Shown here piece by piece: positions 8,812 through 18,182 of a stretch of 64,000 nucleotides of DNA. Source of the stretch: an uncultured Bacillota bacterium (lineage in GTDB: Bacteria; Bacillota_I; Bacilli_A; Culicoidibacterales; ZOR0006). Location of the stretch: the NCBI GenBank assembly GCA_945956935.1, contig CAMFJD010000005.1, positions 23,630 to 87,629 on the forward strand. The letters run 5' to 3'. Below the pieces are notes generated by a model. That model searched no databases and was not told where the DNA came from. It was given only the letters and a program-made list of their open reading frames with translations. Made by a program: the position numbers and the translations under genes. The stretch's first letter is position 1. Each line of letters opens with the position of its first letter.

Positions 8812-9534
8812 ATGCAACCAATTATTCACATTTCACAATTTGAAGGTCCTTTTGATGTGTTACTTCACTTTGTGAAACAGGCAAAGGTCGAGATTGATCA
8901 GTTGCCACTTGCTGAAATTACGCAACAGTATTTAGCGTTTATTGCTCAAATGCAAGAATTAAATTTAGAAGTAGCGAGTGAGTATCTTGTTGTAGCGGCA
9001 CAATTAATCGAGATTAAGGCTCGATCACTTTTACCAAAACCACAGCCGCCACTGGCTGAAGATGAAGTCGATCCGAAAGAAGCGTTAATTGCTCGGTTAA
9101 TTGAATATCAAAAGTATAAAGAGATGAGTGATATTTTATCAGAATATGAAATAGAACAAAAACATTATTTTTTTAAAGAGGCAAGTGATGCGGCAGAATG
9201 GTATATCGATGAAGAACCACGCCTAATTGCGAATCAGTATGATTTATTTACATTGGTAAAAGCATTCGAACGAGCAATGCAAAAACACGAACAACAAGCA
9301 GATGTAGTGATTCATCATGAGCGATTATCGGTTGATGAGCAAGTATTACTGATTCGAAAACAGTTGCGCAAACAACCAATTCTGGATTTTGAGCAGCTAT
9401 TTACTATTTATAATCGATCATATATTGTCACAACCTTTTTGGCATTGTTACAAATGATGCGTGATGATGAAATTACGGTTGTACAGACACAAAATTTTGA
9501 AACTATTAAAATAAGTTGGAAGCGGTTAGTATGA
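8812..9534 (+). CDS. scpA: Segregation and condensation protein A (SMC kleisin)
   Basis: FEGPFDVLLH, ASEYLVVAAQLIEIKARSLLP and IVTTFLALLQM. Confidence 0.93.
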   Translation: MQPIIHISQFEGPFDVLLHFVKQAKVEIDQLPLAEITQQYLAFIAQMQELNLEVASEYLVVAAQLIEIKARSLLPKPQPPLAEDEVDPKEALIARLIEYQKYKEMSDILSEYEIEQKHYFFKEASDAAEWYIDEEPRLIANQYDLFTLVKAFERAMQKHEQQADVVIHHERLSVDEQVLLIRKQLRKQPILDFEQLFTIYNRSYIVTTFLALLQMMRDDEITVVQTQNFETIKISWKRLV

Positions 9535-10133
9535 TGAAAGAATATTTACAAGTAATAGAAGGATTATTATTTATTCAAGGTGAAGACGGTGTAAGCACGC
9601 AAGAAATTGCTGGCACACTTGCAATAGATGAAAATCAGGTGTCTCATTTAATTCATGAACTCATGGATACGTATGAGGGGCGAGGTTTGACAATTTTACA
9701 TACAAGCGGAAAATATCGACTAGCAACGCGAAAAGAACACAGTCAGTATTATCAACGTTTTTTTTCCCAACCAAAGCGACAAACATTATCGAAAGCATCG
9801 CTTGAAGTGCTTGCTATTATTGCGTATAATGCACCGATTACAAGAGCAACGATTGAACATATTCGTGGTGTGTCTTGTGAAAAAGCAATCAAAACATTAT
9901 TACAGTATGAACTAATTCAAGAAGCAGGGCGTGAAAGTAGTGTTGGACGACCAATGTTATATGCGACAACTGATATGTTTCTAGACTACTTCGGCCTTGT
10001 TTCACTTGCAGAATTACCACCATTAAGAGACGTAAAATTGGATGATGTGCAAGCTGAGGTTGACTTGTTCATGACACGTTATCAAGAGGAAACACCAGAC
10101 GAACTTGAAGAGGAACAACCACAACTCGTATAA
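9531..10133 (+). CDS. scpB: Segregation and condensation protein B
   Basis: IEGLLFIQG, LSKASLEVLAIIAYNAPITRATIEHIRGV, GRPMLYATT.FLDYFGL; ATGA overlap with scpA. Confidence 0.93.
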   Translation: MMKEYLQVIEGLLFIQGEDGVSTQEIAGTLAIDENQVSHLIHELMDTYEGRGLTILHTSGKYRLATRKEHSQYYQRFFSQPKRQTLSKASLEVLAIIAYNAPITRATIEHIRGVSCEKAIKTLLQYELIQEAGRESSVGRPMLYATTDMFLDYFGLVSLAELPPLRDVKLDDVQAEVDLFMTRYQEETPDELEEEQPQLV

Positions 10134-10161
10134 AATAAATGTGATGAAAGGAGAAGCATTG

Positions 10162-11937
10162 ATGCCAAGAACACCAATAATTGATGAAAAACTAAAGCTC
10201 TTACCTGATCAACCAGGTTGTTATTTAATGCGGAATGACCATAATGAAGTCATTTATGTAGGGAAAGCAAAAGTACTCAAAAACCGAGTGCGATCATATT
10301 TTACTGGTGCTCATGAGGGGAAAACGTTGCGGCTCGTTCAAGAAATTACTGATTTTGAATATGTTGTTGTAACGAGTGAAGTCGAGGCGCTCGTGCTTGA
10401 AATTAATCTCATTAAAAAGTATCATCCAAAGTATAATATTAAACTAAAAGATGAAGGGAGTTATCCTTTTTTAGCACTGACAAAAGAAGCGCATCCACGC
10501 GTTATTTTAACTCGTGATGTGAAGCGTGAGTATCAGGCAGTGTTTGGGCCATATCCAAATGTGAAAGATGCACGTGAAACACTTGAGATTATTCATCGAA
10601 TGTATCCGTTTCGAAAATGTGAGCAACTCCCTAAAAAAGAGTGCCTGTATTATCATATTCATCAATGCTTAGCTCCCTGTATTTTAAATGTTGATCAAGC
10701 TGAATACAAACAACTCGCGAGTGATGTCCAACGGTTTTTAAAAGGTGATCAAAATGATGTGATTGCCGATTTGGAAGCAAAAATGTATCGTGCAAGCGAG
10801 CAATTAGAGTTTGAACAAGCTATGGAGTATCGCGATTTAGTACAAGCAGTAAAACGGATTGCGACACAATCACTCGTGCAACAAAAAGATTTGGATAATC
10901 ATGATTTTTTTGGTTTTTACTACGACAAAGGTTGGTTGAGTGTGCAAGTTTTTTATATGCGTGAAGGGAAGTTAATTGAACGGAAGTCAAACATTGTACC
11001 ATACGTTGATGATCCTTTCGAAGCAATGACAACTTTTATTGCTCAATTTTATCAAAGTCGAAACAATTTGAAGCCGAAAGCAATTTATACGTCTGCTTTA
11101 CTTGACTGTGAATTGTTAAAATCGTATCTTGCTATTAAAGTACTAGTACCGCAACGTGGGAATAAGCACAAACTATTACAATTGGCGAATGAAAATGCAA
11201 AAAAACAGCTTGAGACCCAGTTTGCATTACTAGAACGAAATGAACAAAGGACGTTTGGTGCTATACGTCATTTAGGTGAGATTTTAGGAATTGAGATACC
11301 AACACGAATTGAAGCATTTGATAATTCGAATACTGGCGATGTTGAGCTAGTGAGTGGAATGGTTGTTTACACAGATGGCCAACCGAATCGAAAGGAATAT
11401 CGTCGTTTTAAGATTCAGACAGTAGAGGGACAAGACGATTATCAAGCGATGCGCGAAGTGATTTATCGCCGCTATCTTCGTGTCATTAAAGATAAGTTAG
11501 CGCAGCCATCATTGATTGTAATTGATGGTGGTATTGGTCATGTTCAAATTGCAAAAGATGTATTGGTAAGTTTAGAACTATCAATCCCCGTTGTCGGTCT
11601 GCTTAAAGATGAAAAACATCGTACTGCTCAACTGTTGGATGGGAATACAATGAATATTGTTGATTTAGATAAGCACTCGGAAACATTTTATTTGTTGCAG
11701 CGTATCCAAGATGAAGTGCATCGTTATGCGTTAGAATATCATAAGTTACGACGAAGTAAAGCAATGGTTCAATCAGCCTTAGATAATATTGCTGGACTTG
11801 GGCCTAAACGTCGACAACAGTTGTTGGCTTTTTTTGGAACGGTTGGTAATATTAAGCAAGCGAGCATTGATGAATTGGCGAAAGTTGTACCGAGACAATT
11901 AGCCGAAAAAATATATGTAAAATTACAGGAGGAATGA
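10162..11937 (+). CDS. uvrC: Excinuclease ABC subunit C
   Basis: GIY-YIG (PGCYLM..VIYVGKAK.LKNRVRSYF), RIEAFDNSN, LIVIDGG, LQRIQDEVHR and C-terminal HhH; start after SD AAAGGAG. Confidence 0.96.
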   Translation: MPRTPIIDEKLKLLPDQPGCYLMRNDHNEVIYVGKAKVLKNRVRSYFTGAHEGKTLRLVQEITDFEYVVVTSEVEALVLEINLIKKYHPKYNIKLKDEGSYPFLALTKEAHPRVILTRDVKREYQAVFGPYPNVKDARETLEIIHRMYPFRKCEQLPKKECLYYHIHQCLAPCILNVDQAEYKQLASDVQRFLKGDQNDVIADLEAKMYRASEQLEFEQAMEYRDLVQAVKRIATQSLVQQKDLDNHDFFGFYYDKGWLSVQVFYMREGKLIERKSNIVPYVDDPFEAMTTFIAQFYQSRNNLKPKAIYTSALLDCELLKSYLAIKVLVPQRGNKHKLLQLANENAKKQLETQFALLERNEQRTFGAIRHLGEILGIEIPTRIEAFDNSNTGDVELVSGMVVYTDGQPNRKEYRRFKIQTVEGQDDYQAMREVIYRRYLRVIKDKLAQPSLIVIDGGIGHVQIAKDVLVSLELSIPVVGLLKDEKHRTAQLLDGNTMNIVDLDKHSETFYLLQRIQDEVHRYALEYHKLRRSKAMVQSALDNIAGLGPKRRQQLLAFFGTVGNIKQASIDELAKVVPRQLAEKIYVKLQEE

Positions 11938-11939
11938 CA

Positions 11940-12524
11940 ATGAAAACAATTATTTTAGCAAGTAACAATGCACATAAAGTTGCAGAATTCCAAAAATTGT
12001 TTGCTCCGTGTGGAATTGAAATTTTGAGCTTGAAGTCGATGCAGATTAATATTGATGTAGAAGAAACAGGTGCAACATTTGCCGAGAATGCGATATTAAA
12101 AGCAGAGGCCATTGCAGCATTAACACAACTACCAGTCTTGGCTGATGATTCAGGATTAGAAGTCGATGTTTTGAATGGAGCACCAGGTGTTTATTCAGCA
12201 CGTTATGCAGGAATTCACGGCGATGATGCAGCCAATAATGCCAAATTATTATATGAATTAATTGAAACACCACTTGAGGCTAGAACAGCACAATTTGTTT
12301 GTGCAATTGCTTATGCAAAGCCAAATGAAAAAACACAAGTTTTCAGCGGAGTATGCAAAGGTCATATAGCACTGAATACAGATAAAGAAGGTGGTTTTGG
12401 TTATGATCCATTATTTGTTCCAGCAGGGTATAGTCAGACTTTTGCGGAATTAGGCAATGATGTAAAAAACACGATGAGTCATCGTGCGAAAGCATTTGAA
12501 TTATTAATACAATCTTTTTCATGA
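11940..12524 (+). CDS. rdgB: dITP/XTP pyrophosphatase (RdgB/HAM1)
   Basis: ASNNAHK, EETGATFAENA, ADDSGL, APGVYSARY, GFGYDPLF and SHR motifs. Confidence 0.95.
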   Translation: MKTIILASNNAHKVAEFQKLFAPCGIEILSLKSMQINIDVEETGATFAENAILKAEAIAALTQLPVLADDSGLEVDVLNGAPGVYSARYAGIHGDDAANNAKLLYELIETPLEARTAQFVCAIAYAKPNEKTQVFSGVCKGHIALNTDKEGGFGYDPLFVPAGYSQTFAELGNDVKNTMSHRAKAFELLIQSFS

Positions 12525-12775
12525 TAATAGTAGAAAACACCACATTATTTTTATAGGGAAATAATAGGGTGTTTTTTTGTGTTAATATTTATTGTGATAG
12601 TATAGATAGTGAGTGATAAATATACGGAATTTGCAAAAAAAGCTTACAATAGCGAACTTATATGAAGAAACAGACAATTTTACTTTAATAAATAGTTGAT
12701 TTTAACATAAAAAATTGAGTCCGAGAATACTTTCAGTTACAATAAATTCAAACCGAAATAAGAGGAGGGCTTTTT

Positions 12776-13474
12776 ATGCCTAAAGATAAAAAAATAATTT
12801 TAGTGGCCAACTGCTTGTTAAACCCATATTGTCGTGTTCATGTACTAGGCAAAAATTTTCCATTGACACATGAATTGACTGCTTATTTAGCAAATACGAA
12901 GACAGGTGTAATTCAATATCACTGTCCAGAACTTACAAGTGGTGGTTATAATCGTAACCCTCAAGGCAGAGTTCAATATGATAACACTTTTTTTAAAGCT
13001 CACTGTCGTGAAGTATTGCAGATGCCATTACAAATGATTGAAGAATTTGTTGCAAATGGTTATCGACTCACAGCATTTATCGGTTTGCAAAATAGTCCGA
13101 GTTGTGGGGTATATTGGGGGAAGCACAAGGAAAATAAATATGGTTACGAATCATGGATGGAAAGTGATGAAGTATCGAATAATACACAATTAGGCGTTAT
13201 GACAACAATTATTGTAGAAGAATTAGTAAAAAGAGGAATAGAAATCCCATTGATTGAATTTCCGTTGAGTGCTCCAATTGGAAGTGAGGAGCATCGTAAA
13301 TTTTGGTATGAGGTACGTCAGGCAGTTGAACCTAAAAATCCATATATAACCTATGAGAATGCCGAAGATTTTCGTGCATATTTTTTAACAACAAATCACT
13401 ACAATGAACCAGAATTAGCCTATAAAGAAATGCGAGCAAATAAAGAAGTGGTTGATTCAGAACTAAAAAAATAA
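12776..13474 (+). CDS. TudS/DUF523-related putative [4Fe-4S] desulfidase (CD3072-like) with C-terminal extension
   Basis: Three Cys in ANCLLN, HCPE and SPSCG, the TudS-family cluster-ligand pattern; QYDNTFFKAHCR segment. Confidence 0.65.
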   Translation: MPKDKKIILVANCLLNPYCRVHVLGKNFPLTHELTAYLANTKTGVIQYHCPELTSGGYNRNPQGRVQYDNTFFKAHCREVLQMPLQMIEEFVANGYRLTAFIGLQNSPSCGVYWGKHKENKYGYESWMESDEVSNNTQLGVMTTIIVEELVKRGIEIPLIEFPLSAPIGSEEHRKFWYEVRQAVEPKNPYITYENAEDFRAYFLTTNHYNEPELAYKEMRANKEVVDSELKK

Positions 13475-13729
13475 AAAATATAGAAATGTACCTATTAATT
13501 ATTATTGACGTAAACAAGCAGTGGTTATGGTGGAGTATACTGCTGACTAAGTTCGGTGAGTTTATCTGTTATGAAGTATCTACTATGTCTGTGCTAGTAG
13601 TTTTCTAATCTATGTATGCTTGATTATTACGCGAATTTATGGTAAATTTACGGAGAAAAAACAATGAAAATCTTACTATATGCTATCGTGTGTATGAGGC
13701 AAGATTTTTGGCAAGAAGTGGAGAAACAA

Positions 13730-14272
13730 ATGGGCAAAACAAAATTACGCAAAACAGCCATGGGGAATATGGTGAATACAGACTCTGAAACACAAACAGA
13801 AATAAAAACGCCAAAAGTATGTTATGAAAAAGCGGTTTGGTGGAAATGCTTAGTGGCTTATGCAATAGACTTAGCTATCTATTCGATTGTAGCTTTTATT
13901 TTTGTTTTGAGCATGCAAGTCTACGCTGTTGAGGGTGAACAGACGTATAGTATGTTTATGATGTTATGTTTAGCAATTTCATCAGTATATTTATCGGCTG
14001 TACTTCCAAAATTTGTTCCTGGGCAAACGGTTGGGCGAATCATTATGAAAATTCGGTTAGATGCAACAAAAAAACCACTATCATATTGGCGTTACTTCTT
14101 ACGCGAATTTATGGCGAAAATCAGTATGGTTATCGTACTTATTCCTATGAGTGTACTATATGGTGGAATTGAATGGTTTCGTAAAAAAGAGCGACCAACT
14201 ACAATTATGTTAGATGAACTATTTCATACAACAACAGTTGATTTAACAAAACCTATATCAACACAAAAATAA
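13730..14272 (+). CDS. RDD-family membrane protein
   Basis: AYAIDL, GQTVGRIIMKIR, YFLRE and LDELFHTTTV pattern; start at the ATG after SD GGAG. Confidence 0.75.
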   Translation: MGKTKLRKTAMGNMVNTDSETQTEIKTPKVCYEKAVWWKCLVAYAIDLAIYSIVAFIFVLSMQVYAVEGEQTYSMFMMLCLAISSVYLSAVLPKFVPGQTVGRIIMKIRLDATKKPLSYWRYFLREFMAKISMVIVLIPMSVLYGGIEWFRKKERPTTIMLDELFHTTTVDLTKPISTQK

Positions 14273-14340
14273 AACATCAAAACTAAAAACTCTTTCATTT
14301 TCTTTGATTAAGGGTTTTTGTTTTATGAGGAGAGAAACAC

Positions 14341-15549
14341 ATGCAATCATTACGCCATTTATATAAAATCGGTCGTGGCCCATCAAGTTCACACACAATG
14401 GGTCCAGAACGAGCGGCTCAAGACTTTCAACTAAAATATCCAGCCGCACATTATTATCGTGTGCATTTATATGGAAGTTTAGCTGCCACTGGTGTGGGAC
14501 ACTTAACTGATTGGATTATTCACGAAACAATGCGACCAAAAATCGTTGAAATTGTTTGGCAGGCAGATGTTGTTAAAAAATTTCATACAAATGCAATGGA
14601 GTTTTTTGCGTGTGATGTTCATCACGAAGTATTAGGAAGTCAATTGTATTATTCAGTTGGTGGCGGGGACATCGTTGTTGAAGGTCAAGGGCGCCAAGAA
14701 ACAGCAGACGTATATCCTTTTGTAGATTTTCACGATATGGTACAATGGTCTCGTAATGAGCAAAAAGAATTATGGGAAATTGTTGATACTTATGAAGATG
14801 AAACTATATGGGATTTTTTACAGCAAGTATGGGATGTAATGCATACAGCTGTTGAAGAAGGATTAGGAAAAAAAGGTGTATTACCAGGTCAATTAGCAGT
14901 ACAACGAAAAGCAAAACTCATGTATGAACAAGCGATTCAAGAAAAAAATCCAAAAATGCGTGAAAATAAAAAAATTGCGGCGTATGCGTATGCTGTGAGT
15001 GAACAAAATGCGGATGGTGGAACAATTGTCACAGCACCAACATGTGGGGCGTGCGGCGTATTACCGGCAGTATTATATTATTTAGCTCATGACTGTAAGT
15101 ATTCAAATAAACAGATTTTACAAGGATTAGCAGTTGCTGGTCTCGTCGGAAATGTAATTAAGCGAAATGCATCTATTTCCGGAGCGGAAGCTGGATGTCA
15201 AGCCGAAGTTGGAAGTGCATGCTCAATGGCAGCTGCAGCATACGGTCAAATGAATCAATTTCCACTGGCACAAATTGATACAGCCGCAGAAATTGCGATG
15301 GAGCATCATCTTGGTTTAACGTGTGATCCTGTTGCTGGATTTGTTCAAATACCATGTATTGAGCGAAATGCAGTAGCAGCTTTACGTGCGATTGATGCAG
15401 CGATGTTAGCAAGTGTTGTGAGTGATTCAAATCATTTGTGTTTCGATCAAGTAGTTCAAACAATGTTAGAAACAGGTCGTGATTTACACGAAGGGTATCG
15501 TGAAACATCATTGCTAGGATTAGCAAAGTTTTATCAAACAAAAGCATAA
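14341..15549 (+). CDS. sdaA: Fe-S-dependent L-serine dehydratase, single-chain alpha/beta
   Basis: GRGPSSSHTMGP, LYGSLAATGVGH, TAPTCGACG, GCQAEVG, LGLTCDP and VQIPCIERN. Confidence 0.93.
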   Translation: MQSLRHLYKIGRGPSSSHTMGPERAAQDFQLKYPAAHYYRVHLYGSLAATGVGHLTDWIIHETMRPKIVEIVWQADVVKKFHTNAMEFFACDVHHEVLGSQLYYSVGGGDIVVEGQGRQETADVYPFVDFHDMVQWSRNEQKELWEIVDTYEDETIWDFLQQVWDVMHTAVEEGLGKKGVLPGQLAVQRKAKLMYEQAIQEKNPKMRENKKIAAYAYAVSEQNADGGTIVTAPTCGACGVLPAVLYYLAHDCKYSNKQILQGLAVAGLVGNVIKRNASISGAEAGCQAEVGSACSMAAAAYGQMNQFPLAQIDTAAEIAMEHHLGLTCDPVAGFVQIPCIERNAVAALRAIDAAMLASVVSDSNHLCFDQVVQTMLETGRDLHEGYRETSLLGLAKFYQTKA

Positions 15550-15572
15550 TGATAGAGGGGAATCAGTGATTT

Positions 15573-16055
15573 ATGAAAAGGACGGATTGTTTAAGTTGGG
15601 ATCAATACTTTATGGGGATCGCTTTATTATCAGCACAGCGAAGTAAAGATCCTTCGACTCAAGTAGGTGCATGTATTGTCAATCAAAAACAACGTATCGT
15701 AGGTATTGGTTATAATGGGTTTCCATATGGATGTCACGATGATGAGTTTCCATGGGGGCGAGATGGATCCTTTTTAGAAACAAAGTATCCGTATGTAGTA
15801 CATGCAGAATTAAATGCCATTTTGAATAGCAGTGAGAATTTAACAGGCGCATCATTATATGTGTCATTATTTCCATGTAATGAATGTGCAAAAGCGATTA
15901 TTCAAAGCGGTATTTGCGAACTTGTATACATGTCTGATAAATATGATGGGACAAGTGAAAATGAAGCATCGAAGAAAATGTTGGCTGCTGCCGGCGTAAA
16001 GTGGCGTCAAATTCCAATACTTTCACTCACTATCACACCAGAATTTGAGGAGTAG
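15573..16055 (+). CDS. dCMP deaminase (ComEB family)
   Basis: [18 protein letters not shown] and FPCNECAK zinc motifs. Confidence 0.93.
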   Translation: MKRTDCLSWDQYFMGIALLSAQRSKDPSTQVGACIVNQKQRIVGIGYNGFPYGCHDDEFPWGRDGSFLETKYPYVVHAELNAILNSSENLTGASLYVSLFPCNECAKAIIQSGICELVYMSDKYDGTSENEASKKMLAAAGVKWRQIPILSLTITPEFEE

Positions 16056-16062
16056 TTTTACA

Positions 16063-16554
16063 ATGAAACAGTTTTTTCAACCAAAACATATGTATCAAAC
16101 GTGTACTGCGATTGATTTACATGCGTTAAAAATAGCAGGAATTGAAGCTTTGATTGTTGATTTAGATAATACCTTGGCGAGCTGTGAAGAAGATTTTGCA
16201 TCTAAAAGCTCACAAGCATTTATTGAAGAGGCGAAATCACTTGGATTTACTATTGTTATGATTTCAAATAATATGCGATCACGTGTCGAACCTTTTGCAC
16301 AGCAACTTGATGTTGATGCAGTTTGGTTTGCAATTAAGCCATCACCACTTGGCTTTTGGCGTGCGCGCAAATATTTACAAAATATTCCGAGTCATAAAAT
16401 TGCAAATATTGGTGACCAAATATTGACAGATGTCTTTGGAGGGAAATTGATGGGTTTTCACACAATTCTTGTGAAACCATTAATTCCAAAAGATAATATT
16501 TATGCAAAACCGAGCCGTTTCCTCGAACAGCTCCTTGCAGTGGATTTTGATTAA
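16063..16554 (+). CDS. yqeG: YqeG-family HAD IIIA phosphatase
   Basis: DLDNTL, ISNN, KPSP and IGDQILTDVFGG motifs. Confidence 0.88.
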   Translation: MKQFFQPKHMYQTCTAIDLHALKIAGIEALIVDLDNTLASCEEDFASKSSQAFIEEAKSLGFTIVMISNNMRSRVEPFAQQLDVDAVWFAIKPSPLGFWRARKYLQNIPSHKIANIGDQILTDVFGGKLMGFHTILVKPLIPKDNIYAKPSRFLEQLLAVDFD

Positions 16555-16556
16555 GA

Positions 16557-17363
16557 ATGATAACACTTACAAAAAATGTTGTTGCTACATTTGTGCAACC
16601 AAGAGTAGCGAAAAGCTATAAAGGAACCTATGGGCATGTCGTTTGTATCGGGGGCAATCAACGATATGGTGGAGCAATTATTATTGCAGCACAAGCAGCA
16701 CAAAAAATGGGAGCAGGATTGATTACAGTAGTTACAAGTCAAGACCATCACAGTGCGATTCGCATGAGAACACCTGAAATTATGTGTGTCGATTGGCAGG
16801 ATCAGATGGCATTAGCAACAGTTATTCAGACAGCAGATGTCTTGTTAGTTGGCTGTGGATTAGGAAGAGATGATTGGGCTAAACAAATGATGCAATTGGT
16901 TTGCCAAGTGACACACTGTCCAGTTATTTTTGATGCGGATGCTTTGTATTTTTTGGCAACGGATCAATCATTTCAGCCAAAGATGCCAAGAATTTATACA
17001 CCACATGTTGGTGAATGGAATCGATTGTCTAATGGAAAAAATCCAAGTAAAGAACTTGCTAATAAAATGGCGGATTGTGTTGTTGTGAAGGCAGAAAGAA
17101 CATGTATTTATACCTCAGATTCGACGTATGTTGTGACAAATGGAACGCCTGCGATGGCGAATGGTGGTATGGGTGATTGTTTAGCTGGCAGCATCGCGGG
17201 TTGGTTAGCCCAAAGTAAGCAGTTAACGACTGCTTGTTGTGTTGCTACTTGGGTACATGCACAAGCAGCACAACAATTAGCAATGAAACAATATGTCGTA
17301 TCTGCTAGTGAAGTAAGTATGAAATTTCCATATATTTTACACGAACTCAGTGAATTACGATAA
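16557..17363 (+). CDS. nnrD: ADP-dependent (S)-NAD(P)H-hydrate dehydratase (stand-alone)
   Basis: YKGTYGHV..IGG, GCGLG, FDADAL, TPHVGEW and ANGGMGDCLAG. Confidence 0.9.
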   Translation: MITLTKNVVATFVQPRVAKSYKGTYGHVVCIGGNQRYGGAIIIAAQAAQKMGAGLITVVTSQDHHSAIRMRTPEIMCVDWQDQMALATVIQTADVLLVGCGLGRDDWAKQMMQLVCQVTHCPVIFDADALYFLATDQSFQPKMPRIYTPHVGEWNRLSNGKNPSKELANKMADCVVVKAERTCIYTSDSTYVVTNGTPAMANGGMGDCLAGSIAGWLAQSKQLTTACCVATWVHAQAAQQLAMKQYVVSASEVSMKFPYILHELSELR

Positions 17364-17364
17364 G

Positions 17365-17414
17365 AAAAACTCATGATGATATGTCAATTAGTTGACACAT
17401 CATCATGAGTTTTT
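17365..17414. terminator. Bidirectional terminator between convergent nnrD and ferritin genes
   Basis: 23-bp arms at 17365-17387/17392-17414 with one mismatch, TTAG loop, A run and T run at the ends. Confidence 0.85.
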
Positions 17415-17452
17415 TATATTTACATTTGAAAATTAAGTATATGGACAAATAC

Positions 17453-17965
17453 TTATTTACTTTGGACAGGTGGTGTAAATATGCGTTGTTTTAGCTCTTG
17501 ATCTAACAAATAAAGTCCAGCACCATCGTTGACAAGTTTTAGTTTATCAATTATTGAGTGAAAGGTGCTTTCTTCTTCAACTTGTTCTTTGATAAACCAA
17601 TCTAAGAAGTTGACCGTGAAATAATCAGTTTCATTGTGGGCAAGTTTCACAAGACCGTGAATACGAGCAGAAACAGCCTCTTCATGCTCTAATGCCAGTT
17701 CAAAGGCGGATAAAACTGAATCAAACGTTTTTGGTGGTGTATCAAATCCGTGAATTTCGATACGTTCATGACGATCATTAATGTATTGAAAAAATTTTTG
17801 AGCATGAAAAATCTCTTCTTGGTATTGAATTTGGAAAAAGTTGACAAATCCATCAAGTCCAAGATCGGCAACATAAGCAGCAATAGCTAAATATAGGTGG
17901 GCAGATGAAAATTCGTAATTCATTTGTTCATTTAAAGCACGCGTCAGTTGTGGTGTTAATTTCAT
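17453..17965 (-). CDS. ftnA: Non-heme ferritin
   Basis: EQMNYEFSSAHLY, QYQEEIFHA, LEHEEAV and WFIKEQVEEE ferroxidase ligands. Confidence 0.93.
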   Translation of the reverse strand: MKLTPQLTRALNEQMNYEFSSAHLYLAIAAYVADLGLDGFVNFFQIQYQEEIFHAQKFFQYINDRHERIEIHGFDTPPKTFDSVLSAFELALEHEEAVSARIHGLVKLAHNETDYFTVNFLDWFIKEQVEEESTFHSIIDKLKLVNDGAGLYLLDQELKQRIFTPPVQSK

Positions 17966-18124
17966 AATAGTTCCCTCCTATGGCGTCTTATAATCAAATA
18001 AGTGATTTCATTATAAAGCGAATAAATAAAAAAGCAAGTAGTAAAACATAATCACTTTATAATTCATAGATACAAAATCAATACATATTTATAAAAAATA
18101 CTAGTAAATTCAAATGAAAACACG

Positions 18125-18150
18125 TATACTATTTTATGAAAACGATTACT
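18125..18150 (+). promoter_or_regulatory. -10 element followed by a cre-like site
   Basis: TATACT at 18125-18130; TGAAAACGATTACT at 18137-18150 matches TGWAANCGNTNWCA at 13 of 14 positions. Confidence 0.55.
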
Positions 18151-18182
18151 TTTCAAGAGATTAAAAAATAGGAGGAATTTTT

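Noticed and set aside
13505-13604. Possible sRNA between the TudS-like and RDD genes (TTGACG, AGCAGT/ACTGCT stem, CTACTA/TAGTAG + T4)
   Set aside because: Stems are only 6 bp and the -35/-10 spacing is 15 nt; more likely a weak terminator or chance structure.
16557-17363. NnrD without an NnrE epimerase domain
   Set aside because: Stand-alone dehydratases are common in Firmicutes (e.g. B. subtilis YxkO).
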